A DNA stretch of 64,000 nucleotides from positions 15,857 through 79,856 of the forward strand of contig CAIYMN010000301.1 of the NCBI GenBank assembly GCA_903927295.1, read 5' to 3'. Within the stretch, counting starts at the first letter, position 1. The number at the start of each line of letters is the position of its first letter. This stretch comes from an uncultured beta proteobacterium (lineage in GTDB: Bacteria > Pseudomonadota > Gammaproteobacteria > Burkholderiales > Burkholderiaceae_C). Made by a program: the position numbers and the translations under genes. Below the pieces are notes generated by a model. That model made no database searches. It had not been told where the DNA came from and saw nothing but the letters and a program-made list of their open reading frames with translations. This document shows positions 49,884 through 59,088 of the stretch, piece after piece.

Positions 49884-50933
49884 ATGCAAAAGAACACGTT
49901 TTCCGGCATCCAGATGCTGCGCTTTCTGGCGGCCATGCTGGTCGTCATAACCCACGCAACGGGTATGGTTGGGGAGCGACTGCTCCAACTTGCGGGTGAG
50001 CATTTTTGGCGCCCTGGCATATCTGGCGTTGATTTGTTCTTTGTTATTTCGGGTTTCGTGATGGCAATTTCCTCCGGAAAGCTGGTCAATCAAAAAGAGG
50101 GATGGCGAACTTTCATTACGCATCGCCTGATTCGCATCGTTCCTTTGTACTGGATTGCAACCTCACTGAAAGTCTTGCTTGTGATTGTGGCGCCTTCCAT
50201 GGCACTGAATTCCTCAATTGAGTTTGGGCACACGATTGCCTCCTACCTCTTCTTTCCAACATTTGACAGTACAGGGAACTCTGTTCTCCCTGTCGTCAAA
50301 GTGGGATGGACTTTGAGTTATGAAATGTTTTTTTACTTTTTCATTGCTTTGGCACTGTTCATGAATATGTCTGCATTAAAGCTAGCCACATTCGTCTTTG
50401 TTGCATGCAGTGCTGCCAATATTTTCTCTTCCCCTGAAGTTCCTCTTGTCTATGGATTTTTGAATCCCATCATGCTTGAGTTTGTCATGGGCATGTTTGT
50501 TGCCAAGTATTGCGCAGGTTCACGGACTATTAATACCTGGACAGGAGTTATTGTTGTCGTAGTCTGTTTCACTATTATGATTTCCGCTGGAGATTTGCCA
50601 ATCTGGTGGCGCTGGGTGTACTGGGGACTACCATCCATGTTCATAGTTGCAATATTTGTTATTTTGGAACCAAAAATCAACCAGGTGATGCCAACAATAT
50701 TTATAAAACTTGGTGATTCATCGTACTCACTTTATCTGTTTCATACATTTGTCGTGCCGTTGATCGGGTCTATTCTTGTGAAACTGAATTTGATAAATCC
50801 TCCGATGGCAGTTTTGGCATGCCTTCTTGTATCACCGGCTGTCTGCTATTTGATCTACAGGTGGATTGAACTTCCAACGACAAAGTTCCTGCGGTTAAAT
50901 GTCGGGAAGCTGACATACAGAGAGCTCTCATGA
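49884..50933 (+). CDS. acyltransferase family 3 (ExoZ/OafA-like)
   Basis: IQMLRFLAA..VVITH, GVDLFFVISGF, WTLSYEMFFY and GDSSYSLYLFH. Confidence 0.9.
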   Translation: MQKNTFSGIQMLRFLAAMLVVITHATGMVGERLLQLAGEHFWRPGISGVDLFFVISGFVMAISSGKLVNQKEGWRTFITHRLIRIVPLYWIATSLKVLLVIVAPSMALNSSIEFGHTIASYLFFPTFDSTGNSVLPVVKVGWTLSYEMFFYFFIALALFMNMSALKLATFVFVACSAANIFSSPEVPLVYGFLNPIMLEFVMGMFVAKYCAGSRTINTWTGVIVVVVCFTIMISAGDLPIWWRWVYWGLPSMFIVAIFVILEPKINQVMPTIFIKLGDSSYSLYLFHTFVVPLIGSILVKLNLINPPMAVLACLLVSPAVCYLIYRWIELPTTKFLRLNVGKLTYRELS

Positions 50934-51901
50934 TTGCGGAACGCATGACCCATCTGGCCGCTGATTCGAGTTACACGCTGGAACCGGTTGAAGCACCGCC
51001 TGCCAGTCAACCGAAAATCATTCCGCTGGTAGTCATTTCGCCGGTGCGCGATGAGTCGAAGTACCTGCGGCTGACGATGGACTCGATGGTGGCGCAGACG
51101 TGGCGGCCAGCCGAGTGGATTCTGGTGGACGATGGCTCGTCAGACGCCACGCCAGACATCGTGCGCGAGTATGCTGCCAAGTACCCATTTATCCGTCTGG
51201 TCCACCGGCAGAATCGCGGCTTCCGCAAGTTGGGTGGTGGCGTGGTAGCTGCCTTCAATGAGGGCCGCGAACACATTGCACAGACCAGTTACCTCTATAT
51301 CGCCAAGCTGGATGGCGACATGTCCTTCGGACCCTTTTACATCGAAAAAATGGTCGGTCGACTGGAGACTGAGCCCCGCCTCGCCGCCGTGTCAGGCAAG
51401 GTGTTCCGGTACGAGAAAGACCGGTTCATCGAAGAAAGTCACATCGCCGAGCAGGTGGCGGGCCAGTTCAAGCTGTACAAGCGCACGGCCTTCGAAGACA
51501 TTGGGGGATTTGTTGAGCACCTCAGCTGGGACGGCATCGACGTTCACATGTGCTGGATGAAAGGCTGGGAGACACTGGCCGTCTACGACAGTCAGGCTTG
51601 GCTGTGGCATCACCGCATCATGGGCTCTTCGGACAAGCACATCTACGAGGGTCGTCTCCGTTGGGGGCGTGGCAACTGGTACATGGGCTACCACCCGCTT
51701 TATGCGATTGCCACCGGGCTCAATCGCATGCGTGAGAAGCCCGTCATCCTTGGTGGCCTGATGATGATTTTCAGCTATTTCTGGTCAGGCCTGAAAGGGC
51801 TACCGCGCTACGAAAACCCCGAATTCCGGCGCTATCTGCGTGCCTGGCAAATGCAGCGCCTGAAGCGTTTTCTACTGCGCTCGCCGGACTCGCGCCACTG
51901 A
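50930..51901 (+). CDS. glycosyltransferase family 2
   Basis: ISPVRDE, VDDGSSD, KLDGD and GYHPLY. Confidence 0.88.
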   Translation: MIAERMTHLAADSSYTLEPVEAPPASQPKIIPLVVISPVRDESKYLRLTMDSMVAQTWRPAEWILVDDGSSDATPDIVREYAAKYPFIRLVHRQNRGFRKLGGGVVAAFNEGREHIAQTSYLYIAKLDGDMSFGPFYIEKMVGRLETEPRLAAVSGKVFRYEKDRFIEESHIAEQVAGQFKLYKRTAFEDIGGFVEHLSWDGIDVHMCWMKGWETLAVYDSQAWLWHHRIMGSSDKHIYEGRLRWGRGNWYMGYHPLYAIATGLNRMREKPVILGGLMMIFSYFWSGLKGLPRYENPEFRRYLRAWQMQRLKRFLLRSPDSRH

Positions 51902-51916
51902 CGCCAGCCACTCTGC

Positions 51917-54418
51917 ATGAGCATCCTGTCTGAAGCGCCCTCCTGCGTCAACTCCACGTTGACTTACGACCTGTGCGTGCTGGGCGCCGGCCCCGTTGGA
52001 TTGTCGCTGGCACTGGAGGCGCAGCGACTTGGGCTGCATGTACTGGTCGTGGACAGTGGCCGTGAGAATCCTGCGGAGTCGCCGCGCGACTGGGCCGGCT
52101 CCGAGTTGGTTGACCCGACGCGACACGTGCCTCTGACACTGGCAACACATGCCGGGCTGGGCGGTACAACTTGGCTCTGGGGTGGGCGTTGCGTGCGCTT
52201 TGAGGCGTTGGACTTTGAGCGCAGGCCGCAGGTGCCAGGCATTGAATGGCCATTAGGCTGGCCTGACATTGAGCCATGGTATGACCGCGCGGCCGCTCAT
52301 GTGGGCTGTGGATCTGCGGAATTCCGGCGCCCCTTGCCGTCAACTGCCGGTTGCTTGACCCACCTCGTCGGATTCGAATTGACGCAACTGGAACGCTGGG
52401 CCCGACAGCCCAGACTGATCAACAGCCTGGGTGCGCAAGCAGTGGCTGCCAAAGGCGTCGATTTGCTATTTGATACTCGCATCGAGGATCTGGAACTTGA
52501 TGGAGGAGACGATCAAGCTGTCAGCCTGTCGGTGCGCGCCTTGTTGGGGCAGCGCCACGGGCAGCCAGTACGCCTGCAGGCACGGCGGTTTGCGCTGGCC
52601 GGTGGGGCGCTGGGCATTACCCAGTTGCTGCTGAAAACGCAGCAGCAACGGCCATCCCTGTTTGGTGGACCCGAAGGTCCGCTGGGTCGCTACTACATGG
52701 GACACATCTTTGGCAGTATCGCCAGCCTGGTGCTGACGAGGCCTGCCGACGTGGACTGGCTGGACTTCAGCCGTGATGCCGACGGCAGCTATGTGCGCCG
52801 ACGTTTCACGCCCAATGCGGTCACGCAGCGGAACCATGCGCTGCTGAACACTTCGTTCTATATCGACAACCCCGCCTTCTACGATCAGCGCCACCGCAGC
52901 CCCACTTTGTCTGCGGTATTCCTGGGACTTGCGATACCGGCCGTTGGGCGTCTGCTCGTGGCCGAAGCCATGCGGCTTAAGCACATCGGGCCGGCGCCGC
53001 GGCGCTGGCTTGCGCATGTGCTGAACGTCTTGCGCCGTCCTTGGCAGACAGCGCTGGACGTGCTGGAAATCCTGCGCGATCGCTACTTGAGCGAGGTACG
53101 AAAGCCTGGCTTCATTCTTCGCAACGACAAGGGGGTTTACGCCCTGAACTACCACGCAGAGCAGGCACCCAACCCGGAAAGCCGTGTTACGCTAAAGAAC
53201 GAGCAGGGCGACCTGAAGGTCGACTTCCGCTACCTGCCGCAGGATGTTGATTCCGTGTTGCGTGCCCATGAACTGCTCGACGCAGAATTGCGTGCGGCGG
53301 GTATCGGGCATCTGGAATACGGCCGGCCCGAAACCGAGCGACGCGCCCATGTGCTGGAGCAAGCCTCGGACGGCTTCCACCAGATCGGTCTGACACGCAT
53401 GAGTGCGGACCCGGCCCAAGGCGTGGTGGATGCAGACCTGCGCGTGCACGACTTGCACAACCTTTACATTGCATCCAGTGGAGTGTTCACTACCTCGGGT
53501 GAGGCCAATCCAACGCTGTTGGCAATGGCGCTGGGCATTCGTCTGGCGCACCATGTCCACGATCTGCAATCCGACAACGACAAGCAACCTATGCAAGGCA
53601 TTGCCAACTCATGGAGTTCTCCCATGCGACAAACCTGTATTCCCCAAACCCGGCTGCGTGTCAGTCGCCTCGCCTTCGGTACTGCGAGCCTGCATCACCT
53701 GGCTCGCACCAGCGATCGGCTGGCTTTGCTGCAAACCGCAGTGGAAAGTGGGTTCACCCACTTCGACACTTCGCCCTTGTACGGTTTCGGGCTGGCCGAG
53801 GCTTCGCTGGGACAAATGCCAACCACGCTCAGTCAAGGCCTCACTGTAGCGACGAAGGTTGGCCTGTATGGACCGCCTGGAGCCGGCCACAGCATCGTCG
53901 AGTTATATTCCCGCAAGCTTCTTGGCAAGGCAGTGCCGACGCTCAACCGGGCCACCGTGGACTGGCAATTGACCAGCGCCCAGCGCAGCTTCGAGGCCAG
54001 CCTGCGGCGACTGCGGCGGGATCACGTGGAACTGCTATTTCTGCACGAACCGGTGGCGGCGCTGATTGCGGGTGATGAATGGTTGGCCTGGTTGCAGCGC
54101 TTGCAGCGGGCTGGGCGAATCGGCAACTGGGGGGTAGCCGGAGAGGCACCGGCCGTCGCCACCATGCTGGCTCAGCATCCCGCCTTGTGTCCTGTCGTGC
54201 AGGTGCGCGACAGCCTTTCACAACGGCAGGCGGATATGTTGTCCAAAGTCGGACGTCCTCTGCAATTCACGTACGGCTATTTAGCAGACCCGGCGGGCAA
54301 CGCCGAACCTGTGGAACGCCGCCTGACCGCCGCCCTGCTGCGAAACACCGAGGGTTCGGTCCTGGTATCAACCCGGCGGATTGAACGGGTGGCGGTGCTC
54401 GCGCGCGTTGCCAGTTGA
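51917..54418 (+). CDS. GMC oxidoreductase fused to aldo/keto reductase
   Basis: GAGPVG FAD motif, GGTTWLWGG, HQIGLTRM and ANPT; then AKR motifs FDTSPLYG, TKVG and FLHEP. Confidence 0.82.
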   Translation: MSILSEAPSCVNSTLTYDLCVLGAGPVGLSLALEAQRLGLHVLVVDSGRENPAESPRDWAGSELVDPTRHVPLTLATHAGLGGTTWLWGGRCVRFEALDFERRPQVPGIEWPLGWPDIEPWYDRAAAHVGCGSAEFRRPLPSTAGCLTHLVGFELTQLERWARQPRLINSLGAQAVAAKGVDLLFDTRIEDLELDGGDDQAVSLSVRALLGQRHGQPVRLQARRFALAGGALGITQLLLKTQQQRPSLFGGPEGPLGRYYMGHIFGSIASLVLTRPADVDWLDFSRDADGSYVRRRFTPNAVTQRNHALLNTSFYIDNPAFYDQRHRSPTLSAVFLGLAIPAVGRLLVAEAMRLKHIGPAPRRWLAHVLNVLRRPWQTALDVLEILRDRYLSEVRKPGFILRNDKGVYALNYHAEQAPNPESRVTLKNEQGDLKVDFRYLPQDVDSVLRAHELLDAELRAAGIGHLEYGRPETERRAHVLEQASDGFHQIGLTRMSADPAQGVVDADLRVHDLHNLYIASSGVFTTSGEANPTLLAMALGIRLAHHVHDLQSDNDKQPMQGIANSWSSPMRQTCIPQTRLRVSRLAFGTASLHHLARTSDRLALLQTAVESGFTHFDTSPLYGFGLAEASLGQMPTTLSQGLTVATKVGLYGPPGAGHSIVELYSRKLLGKAVPTLNRATVDWQLTSAQRSFEASLRRLRRDHVELLFLHEPVAALIAGDEWLAWLQRLQRAGRIGNWGVAGEAPAVATMLAQHPALCPVVQVRDSLSQRQADMLSKVGRPLQFTYGYLADPAGNAEPVERRLTAALLRNTEGSVLVSTRRIERVAVLARVAS

Positions 54419-54449
54419 TCTCACTGGAAAGCGTCAATCGAACAGAAGC

Positions 54450-55565
54450 TTACTGTACAGGTCTTTCGGCAACGATCTTCCACTGGCCACCCTCCAATCC
54501 CAGCTTGAGTTCCTTGTGGCTAAAGTCAGAGTACCTGTTGGATCTATATTTTTGGCTAAGCCGGACAATCGCCGCTGCATCGTCAAAACGTATCTCTGAA
54601 ATCTTGAGATCGACACGAATGTATTTGGCTTTCTCCATCAAAGTGCGTTTGCGGCGTGCCCATGCATCACGCGTGGCACCTTCAGAAGGCTTGAAGGCAG
54701 TGCTGTAGTGAGAGAGGTAGTCGTCGTATGACTGCTGCGTCCACGCCAGCGTCCACGACTCAATCGTCTTGAGTATTGCCGCCTTACGTGGATCTTGTAA
54801 ACCTCCCGAATCACTCGGTGCGAGCGTTGGCGCTGTCGGTTTGATTTGAAGATCGCTCTGGGGGGCGTCAAATACGTCAATCTTTAAACGGTCACGTCTG
54901 GTTCGGGATGATTGCGCGGGCGGCGTTCGTTCCACTTTTTCAGACGGTGCTGCTTGGGCGATTCGCGGCAGGTCCGCACTGGGAACGGACCTGGACAGAG
55001 ATTGTCCAGCGGGTTGGGCCGACACCTTGTTTGATTCAGTGAGGTACTTTTCCAACGCCCGAAGCTTGCTTTGCGTGGTTGGGTCTCCGGGCTTGAGCTC
55101 ATTTGCTTTGTTGAGCGAGACCAAAGCAAGTTCAAGGTTGACCGACGCGAGGCTAAGGTGCGTCTGGTAGCGGTTGGCTTGCAGCGCATCCGATTTGAGG
55201 AGCATTTGCCTTGCTTCCTCAAGCCGCCCCCAACGCGCATAAATGGAGGCCAGATTGGCATAGGGGGCGGGTTGTTCAGGGAAGGCCAGCCGCAAGGCCT
55301 CAAAGGTGTCAAACGCGGCGACCAGCCGACCCAAGTCAGAGAGATAAACGCCTTTTTGCAGCAACAAGGCAGGATTTTGAGGGTCCTGCAATAGCAACTG
55401 ACTCAGCTTGAAAAGCTTAAGTTCGGTATCCTGGACATCCAGCCCTGGTACTGGCGTGGAGTCACTCTTGGGCACCAGCACCTGACTGCCACACACAGTC
55501 GGAACAATGAGCACCACAATCAGCAGCGCAGATACAAACCGACTTTTCCCGAAAAATTCCAACAC
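54450..55565 (-). CDS. exported TPR protein with C-terminal NTF2/SnoaL-like domain
   Basis: N-terminal hydrophobic segment, TPRs (PYANLASIY), linker, then WTLAW..YLSHYS..QKYRS..WKIVAE. Confidence 0.75.
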   Translation of the reverse strand: MLEFFGKSRFVSALLIVVLIVPTVCGSQVLVPKSDSTPVPGLDVQDTELKLFKLSQLLLQDPQNPALLLQKGVYLSDLGRLVAAFDTFEALRLAFPEQPAPYANLASIYARWGRLEEARQMLLKSDALQANRYQTHLSLASVNLELALVSLNKANELKPGDPTTQSKLRALEKYLTESNKVSAQPAGQSLSRSVPSADLPRIAQAAPSEKVERTPPAQSSRTRRDRLKIDVFDAPQSDLQIKPTAPTLAPSDSGGLQDPRKAAILKTIESWTLAWTQQSYDDYLSHYSTAFKPSEGATRDAWARRKRTLMEKAKYIRVDLKISEIRFDDAAAIVRLSQKYRSNRYSDFSHKELKLGLEGGQWKIVAERPVQ

Positions 55566-55671
55566 CTACTCCCACAAGAAATGCGACCTGTTTGAAACAA
55601 CAGAAGTAGCAACAAATGCAAAAACTTTTGGTGTCTAATCACATAATACCGCCGGGCCGCCTATTTGCGGT

Positions 55672-55705
55672 CAGTGTAACAATGTGCGCCGCAGTGTGAC
55701 AACGT
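55672..55705. repeat. imperfect 14-bp direct repeat in a divergent promoter region
   Basis: CAGTGTAACAATGT (55672-55685) and CAGTGTGACAACGT (55692-55705), 12/14 identical, 20-bp period. Confidence 0.5.
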
Positions 55706-55732
55706 AATTTCAGCAGATCAGGATACAACCGC

Positions 55733-56662
55733 GTGAGTGTTATTGACTGGGGAGCTATATTCTGTAAGACGTTTGCATGCGGACGTTACCTGGCGTTTGT
55801 TTGCCTTCTTGGGCTTCCTCTGGCTCAAGCACAGACCCGAGCCATCACCCTGCCTCTGGAAACTCAGTGGACGAACATACCTCAAACACCGACGACCAAG
55901 GAAACAGCTTCGCAGGGTGCCTTTGAGCGCCTGTCCGTTGGTGTTGGGGACCAGATTTTCATCACCGTGTTTGGTCAACCAGACATGTCTGCCGAAGTCA
56001 CAGTGAACGATAACGAACAGGTAACCCTGCCGTTGATAGGTACCTTGAAGATCGGTGGCTTGACTCCCCCAATGATTGAAAGGCTGATTGCTCAACGCCT
56101 TAGGGAAGGTGAATATCTACGCAATCCTGAAGTATCCGTTCAGGTTCGCCAGGTTCGTAGTCAGATGATTTCGGTGCTAGGTGAAGTTCAACGACCGGGA
56201 CGTTTTCCAATCCTGGGCAAGCTGACCGTGCTGGATGCAGTAGCAACTGCCGGCGGACTGACTCAAAAGGCAGACAGCATTGCCTTGCTGATCCGACGTA
56301 ACCCGGCACCAAGTGGGGACACTCAACGCAAGGAAATTCCGATTCGACTTGATCAGGCAATAGACTCCCGCAGCAGCGAACTGGACATCGAATTGAAGAA
56401 CGACGATGTTATATTTGTTGCGCAGCAAAAGCTGTTTTACATCCACGGAGAGGTACGCAAGCCTGGCGCGTACCCGATGGAGCCCGATCTCAACGTGATG
56501 CGTGTGTTGTCCATCAGTGGTGGCGTGACCGAGCGTGGCTCTCTGCGTCGTATTCGGATTCACCGCAAGGATGCCAATCAGAATATCCAGGAATTCACAC
56601 CCAATCTGAACTCGTCGGTGATGAGTGGCGATGTCATTTTTGTGGACGAGCGTCTGTTTTAA
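55733..56662 (+). CDS. second polysaccharide export protein (EpsE/Wza-like)
   Basis: GDQIFITVFGQPDM, LPLIG, GEVQRPGRF and GEVRKPGAY. Confidence 0.88.
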   Translation: MSVIDWGAIFCKTFACGRYLAFVCLLGLPLAQAQTRAITLPLETQWTNIPQTPTTKETASQGAFERLSVGVGDQIFITVFGQPDMSAEVTVNDNEQVTLPLIGTLKIGGLTPPMIERLIAQRLREGEYLRNPEVSVQVRQVRSQMISVLGEVQRPGRFPILGKLTVLDAVATAGGLTQKADSIALLIRRNPAPSGDTQRKEIPIRLDQAIDSRSSELDIELKNDDVIFVAQQKLFYIHGEVRKPGAYPMEPDLNVMRVLSISGGVTERGSLRRIRIHRKDANQNIQEFTPNLNSSVMSGDVIFVDERLF

Positions 56663-56694
56663 CCATGCGATCTGACGATTATTGAATTTGATTC

Positions 56695-58083
56695 ATGGCC
56701 ACGGATAATTTTGACACCGGACTCTCTTATGCGCAGTTGCTCGCTATTCTGCGGGCGCGTCAAACAACAATTTGGGTCGTACTTACCCTTACCCTATTTA
56801 CGACGTTTGCGCTGACAAAGTTCCTGCCCAAGACCTATACGGCGACAGCTGAGATGTTTATTGACTATCGCGCTGATGATCCAATAACTGGAAGGCAGTT
56901 CAGTGCGATGCAGGACGAAGGCTACATGCAGACGCAGGTAGACATGCTGAAGAGCGAAGAGATCGCAACGCGGGTCATCGATGCAACCGGAATGATGTCG
57001 CGTGAACTGGTAAAGGAGATGATTCAAAAAGACGGTGAAGCCAAGGCGAGAAGCGTTCTGGCAACCCAGATCAGCAAGGATCTTGAAGTTGTCCTTCGCA
57101 GGAGCAGCAGGGTCGTCGAGTTGCGTTACCCATCCGATAGTCCCGCCCATGCCCGAGATGCGCTGAATGCCGCCGTTCAAGCTTACATGGATCTGGTGCT
57201 GCGAATTAACTCAGCACCGGCCAAATCCCGTCAGGAACAATACAGTGCGCAGTTGGAAACTTTGCGCCATGAGCTCGACAAGCTACAGCAATCAATTACC
57301 GAATATCAGCAAAAGTCTGGCATCATTGACGCTGACGAACGACTTGATACTGGATCAAGACAGCTCAATGAGTTGTCTTCCCGGCGGTCTGCGGTACAGA
57401 GCCTGCAACTTGAGGCAAGCGGCAAGCGTCGGGCTATTGAGGCAAACATCAAGTCGGGTATCCCGGCCTCAGAGATTCCCGAAATCGCGCAACAGCGCGG
57501 CATTCCGGAATTGAGGCTAAAGCTGGCCGACCTTGAGCGTCAGACGGCGGAAATTGGCAGCGTATTTGGCCGGAACCACCCCAAGTTCAGAATCGTCAAT
57601 GCAGAGAGGGAAACCCTGCAGCAGCGGCTGAGCCGTGAGTCGCAAATAGCCCTGAATTCTGTTCTGATGGAAGAGAGAAGGTTTGATCAACAAGCGCAGG
57701 CCTTGTCCAATGAAATTCAAAGCAAGCAACAGGGTATGCTTGAAGCGAAGAAGCATCGGGACGTCATCGCTTCTTACCAGAGGCAGATGGAGAGTGTTCA
57801 AAAAATCTATAACTCCGCCATTCAAAAGTATGACGAACTCTTGATGGCCAGCAACGTCAATAGTCCACGAGTGGCAGTGTTACGTTGGGCCGTTGCACCC
57901 TACACGCACTCCAAACCTAACCTGGGATCAAATCTCTTGTTAAGCATCCCCGTGGGACTGCTGCTCGGACTTGGTTTTGTATTCTTGACGGAGCTGAGCA
58001 ATCGGCGATTGCGGCATATCGATGATCTGGAACGGGAGTTGAACCTCAAGGTTCTAGGTCGAGTCGCGGAACGGGCAGGCTGA
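56695..58083 (+). CDS. second chain length determinant (EpsF-like)
   Basis: YMQTQVDML, FGRNHP, two TMs and a coiled coil. Confidence 0.85.
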   Translation: MATDNFDTGLSYAQLLAILRARQTTIWVVLTLTLFTTFALTKFLPKTYTATAEMFIDYRADDPITGRQFSAMQDEGYMQTQVDMLKSEEIATRVIDATGMMSRELVKEMIQKDGEAKARSVLATQISKDLEVVLRRSSRVVELRYPSDSPAHARDALNAAVQAYMDLVLRINSAPAKSRQEQYSAQLETLRHELDKLQQSITEYQQKSGIIDADERLDTGSRQLNELSSRRSAVQSLQLEASGKRRAIEANIKSGIPASEIPEIAQQRGIPELRLKLADLERQTAEIGSVFGRNHPKFRIVNAERETLQQRLSRESQIALNSVLMEERRFDQQAQALSNEIQSKQQGMLEAKKHRDVIASYQRQMESVQKIYNSAIQKYDELLMASNVNSPRVAVLRWAVAPYTHSKPNLGSNLLLSIPVGLLLGLGFVFLTELSNRRLRHIDDLERELNLKVLGRVAERAG

Positions 58084-58092
58084 GAATACTCC

Positions 58093-59088
58093 ATGGAAGA
58101 TTTGACGCATCCACAGTCGGAGCCAATACCCTCGCACTCGACCGGGATCACAAGTACAGGACGAATGGGCGAAGCGTACATTAAGGCCAACAAGCTGAGC
58201 CTGGAAGATGTTGATGCAATAGTTCAACTGCAAAATGAATTGAACATCCGATTTGGAGAGGCTGCGATCAGGCTTGGATTGCTGACCGAAGAGGATGTGC
58301 GTGAAGTACTCGATTTGCAGTTTGATTACGCGTCGTTCGCTGCGAACGGCGGCGCCTCCAGGATCAGCTCGTCGCTGGCAATTGTGCACGCACCTGGGAG
58401 CGAGGCGGCGGAAGCGATTAAGCGCCTGCGCTCTGAATTGCTTGTTCGGCTCGGGAAAGAATCCAGTGAAGCGATTGCAGTTCTGAGCCCATCCAGAAAT
58501 GAAGGCAAGAGCTACATTGCGGCAAGCCTTGCCATCGCGTTTGCGCAACTCAACATCAAGACGATGTTGATCGACGCGAACTTGAGAGAGCCAGTCCAGC
58601 ACAAGCTTTTCGGCCTGACCAACCAAACCGGGCTGTCTACGATTCTGGCCAACCGAAGCTCGAATCTGATTGATGCGGTACCTGAAGTAATCCCCAATTT
58701 TTGGGTGATGTCATCCGGTCCCTTGCCGCCCAACCCCCTGGAAATACTCAGCGCACCAAAGTTCAGGGCCCTGCTTGATCATTTCGCGACGCAGGTTTCT
58801 GTATTCATCGTTGACACCCCATCGGCTATGCAGTGGGCCGACGCCCAAATGATCGCCAGACAGGCTGGTTGTGCCCTGTTTGTGGCGCGGGAAAACTTAA
58901 CCAAGTTGTCGCACCTGAGGAAGGCAAAGGTGGAAATGGAGGCCGCAGGCATAGAGATCGCTGGCACAGTTTACAACCAGCCATCGAGATTCCCTGCACC
59001 CGGTGACAATCCGTTCCAGGCGAGCAAGAGCAATCCTTTTTCGCGAGTCTGGAGTCGTTTTATCCGCAGACGGGAACACGATTCGTGA
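58093..59088 (+). CDS. second tyrosine kinase-like protein (EpsG-like)
   Basis: P-loop NEGKS, IDANLR, PPNPLEIL and VDTP. Confidence 0.87.
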   Translation: MEDLTHPQSEPIPSHSTGITSTGRMGEAYIKANKLSLEDVDAIVQLQNELNIRFGEAAIRLGLLTEEDVREVLDLQFDYASFAANGGASRISSSLAIVHAPGSEAAEAIKRLRSELLVRLGKESSEAIAVLSPSRNEGKSYIAASLAIAFAQLNIKTMLIDANLREPVQHKLFGLTNQTGLSTILANRSSNLIDAVPEVIPNFWVMSSGPLPPNPLEILSAPKFRALLDHFATQVSVFIVDTPSAMQWADAQMIARQAGCALFVARENLTKLSHLRKAKVEMEAAGIEIAGTVYNQPSRFPAPGDNPFQASKSNPFSRVWSRFIRRREHDS

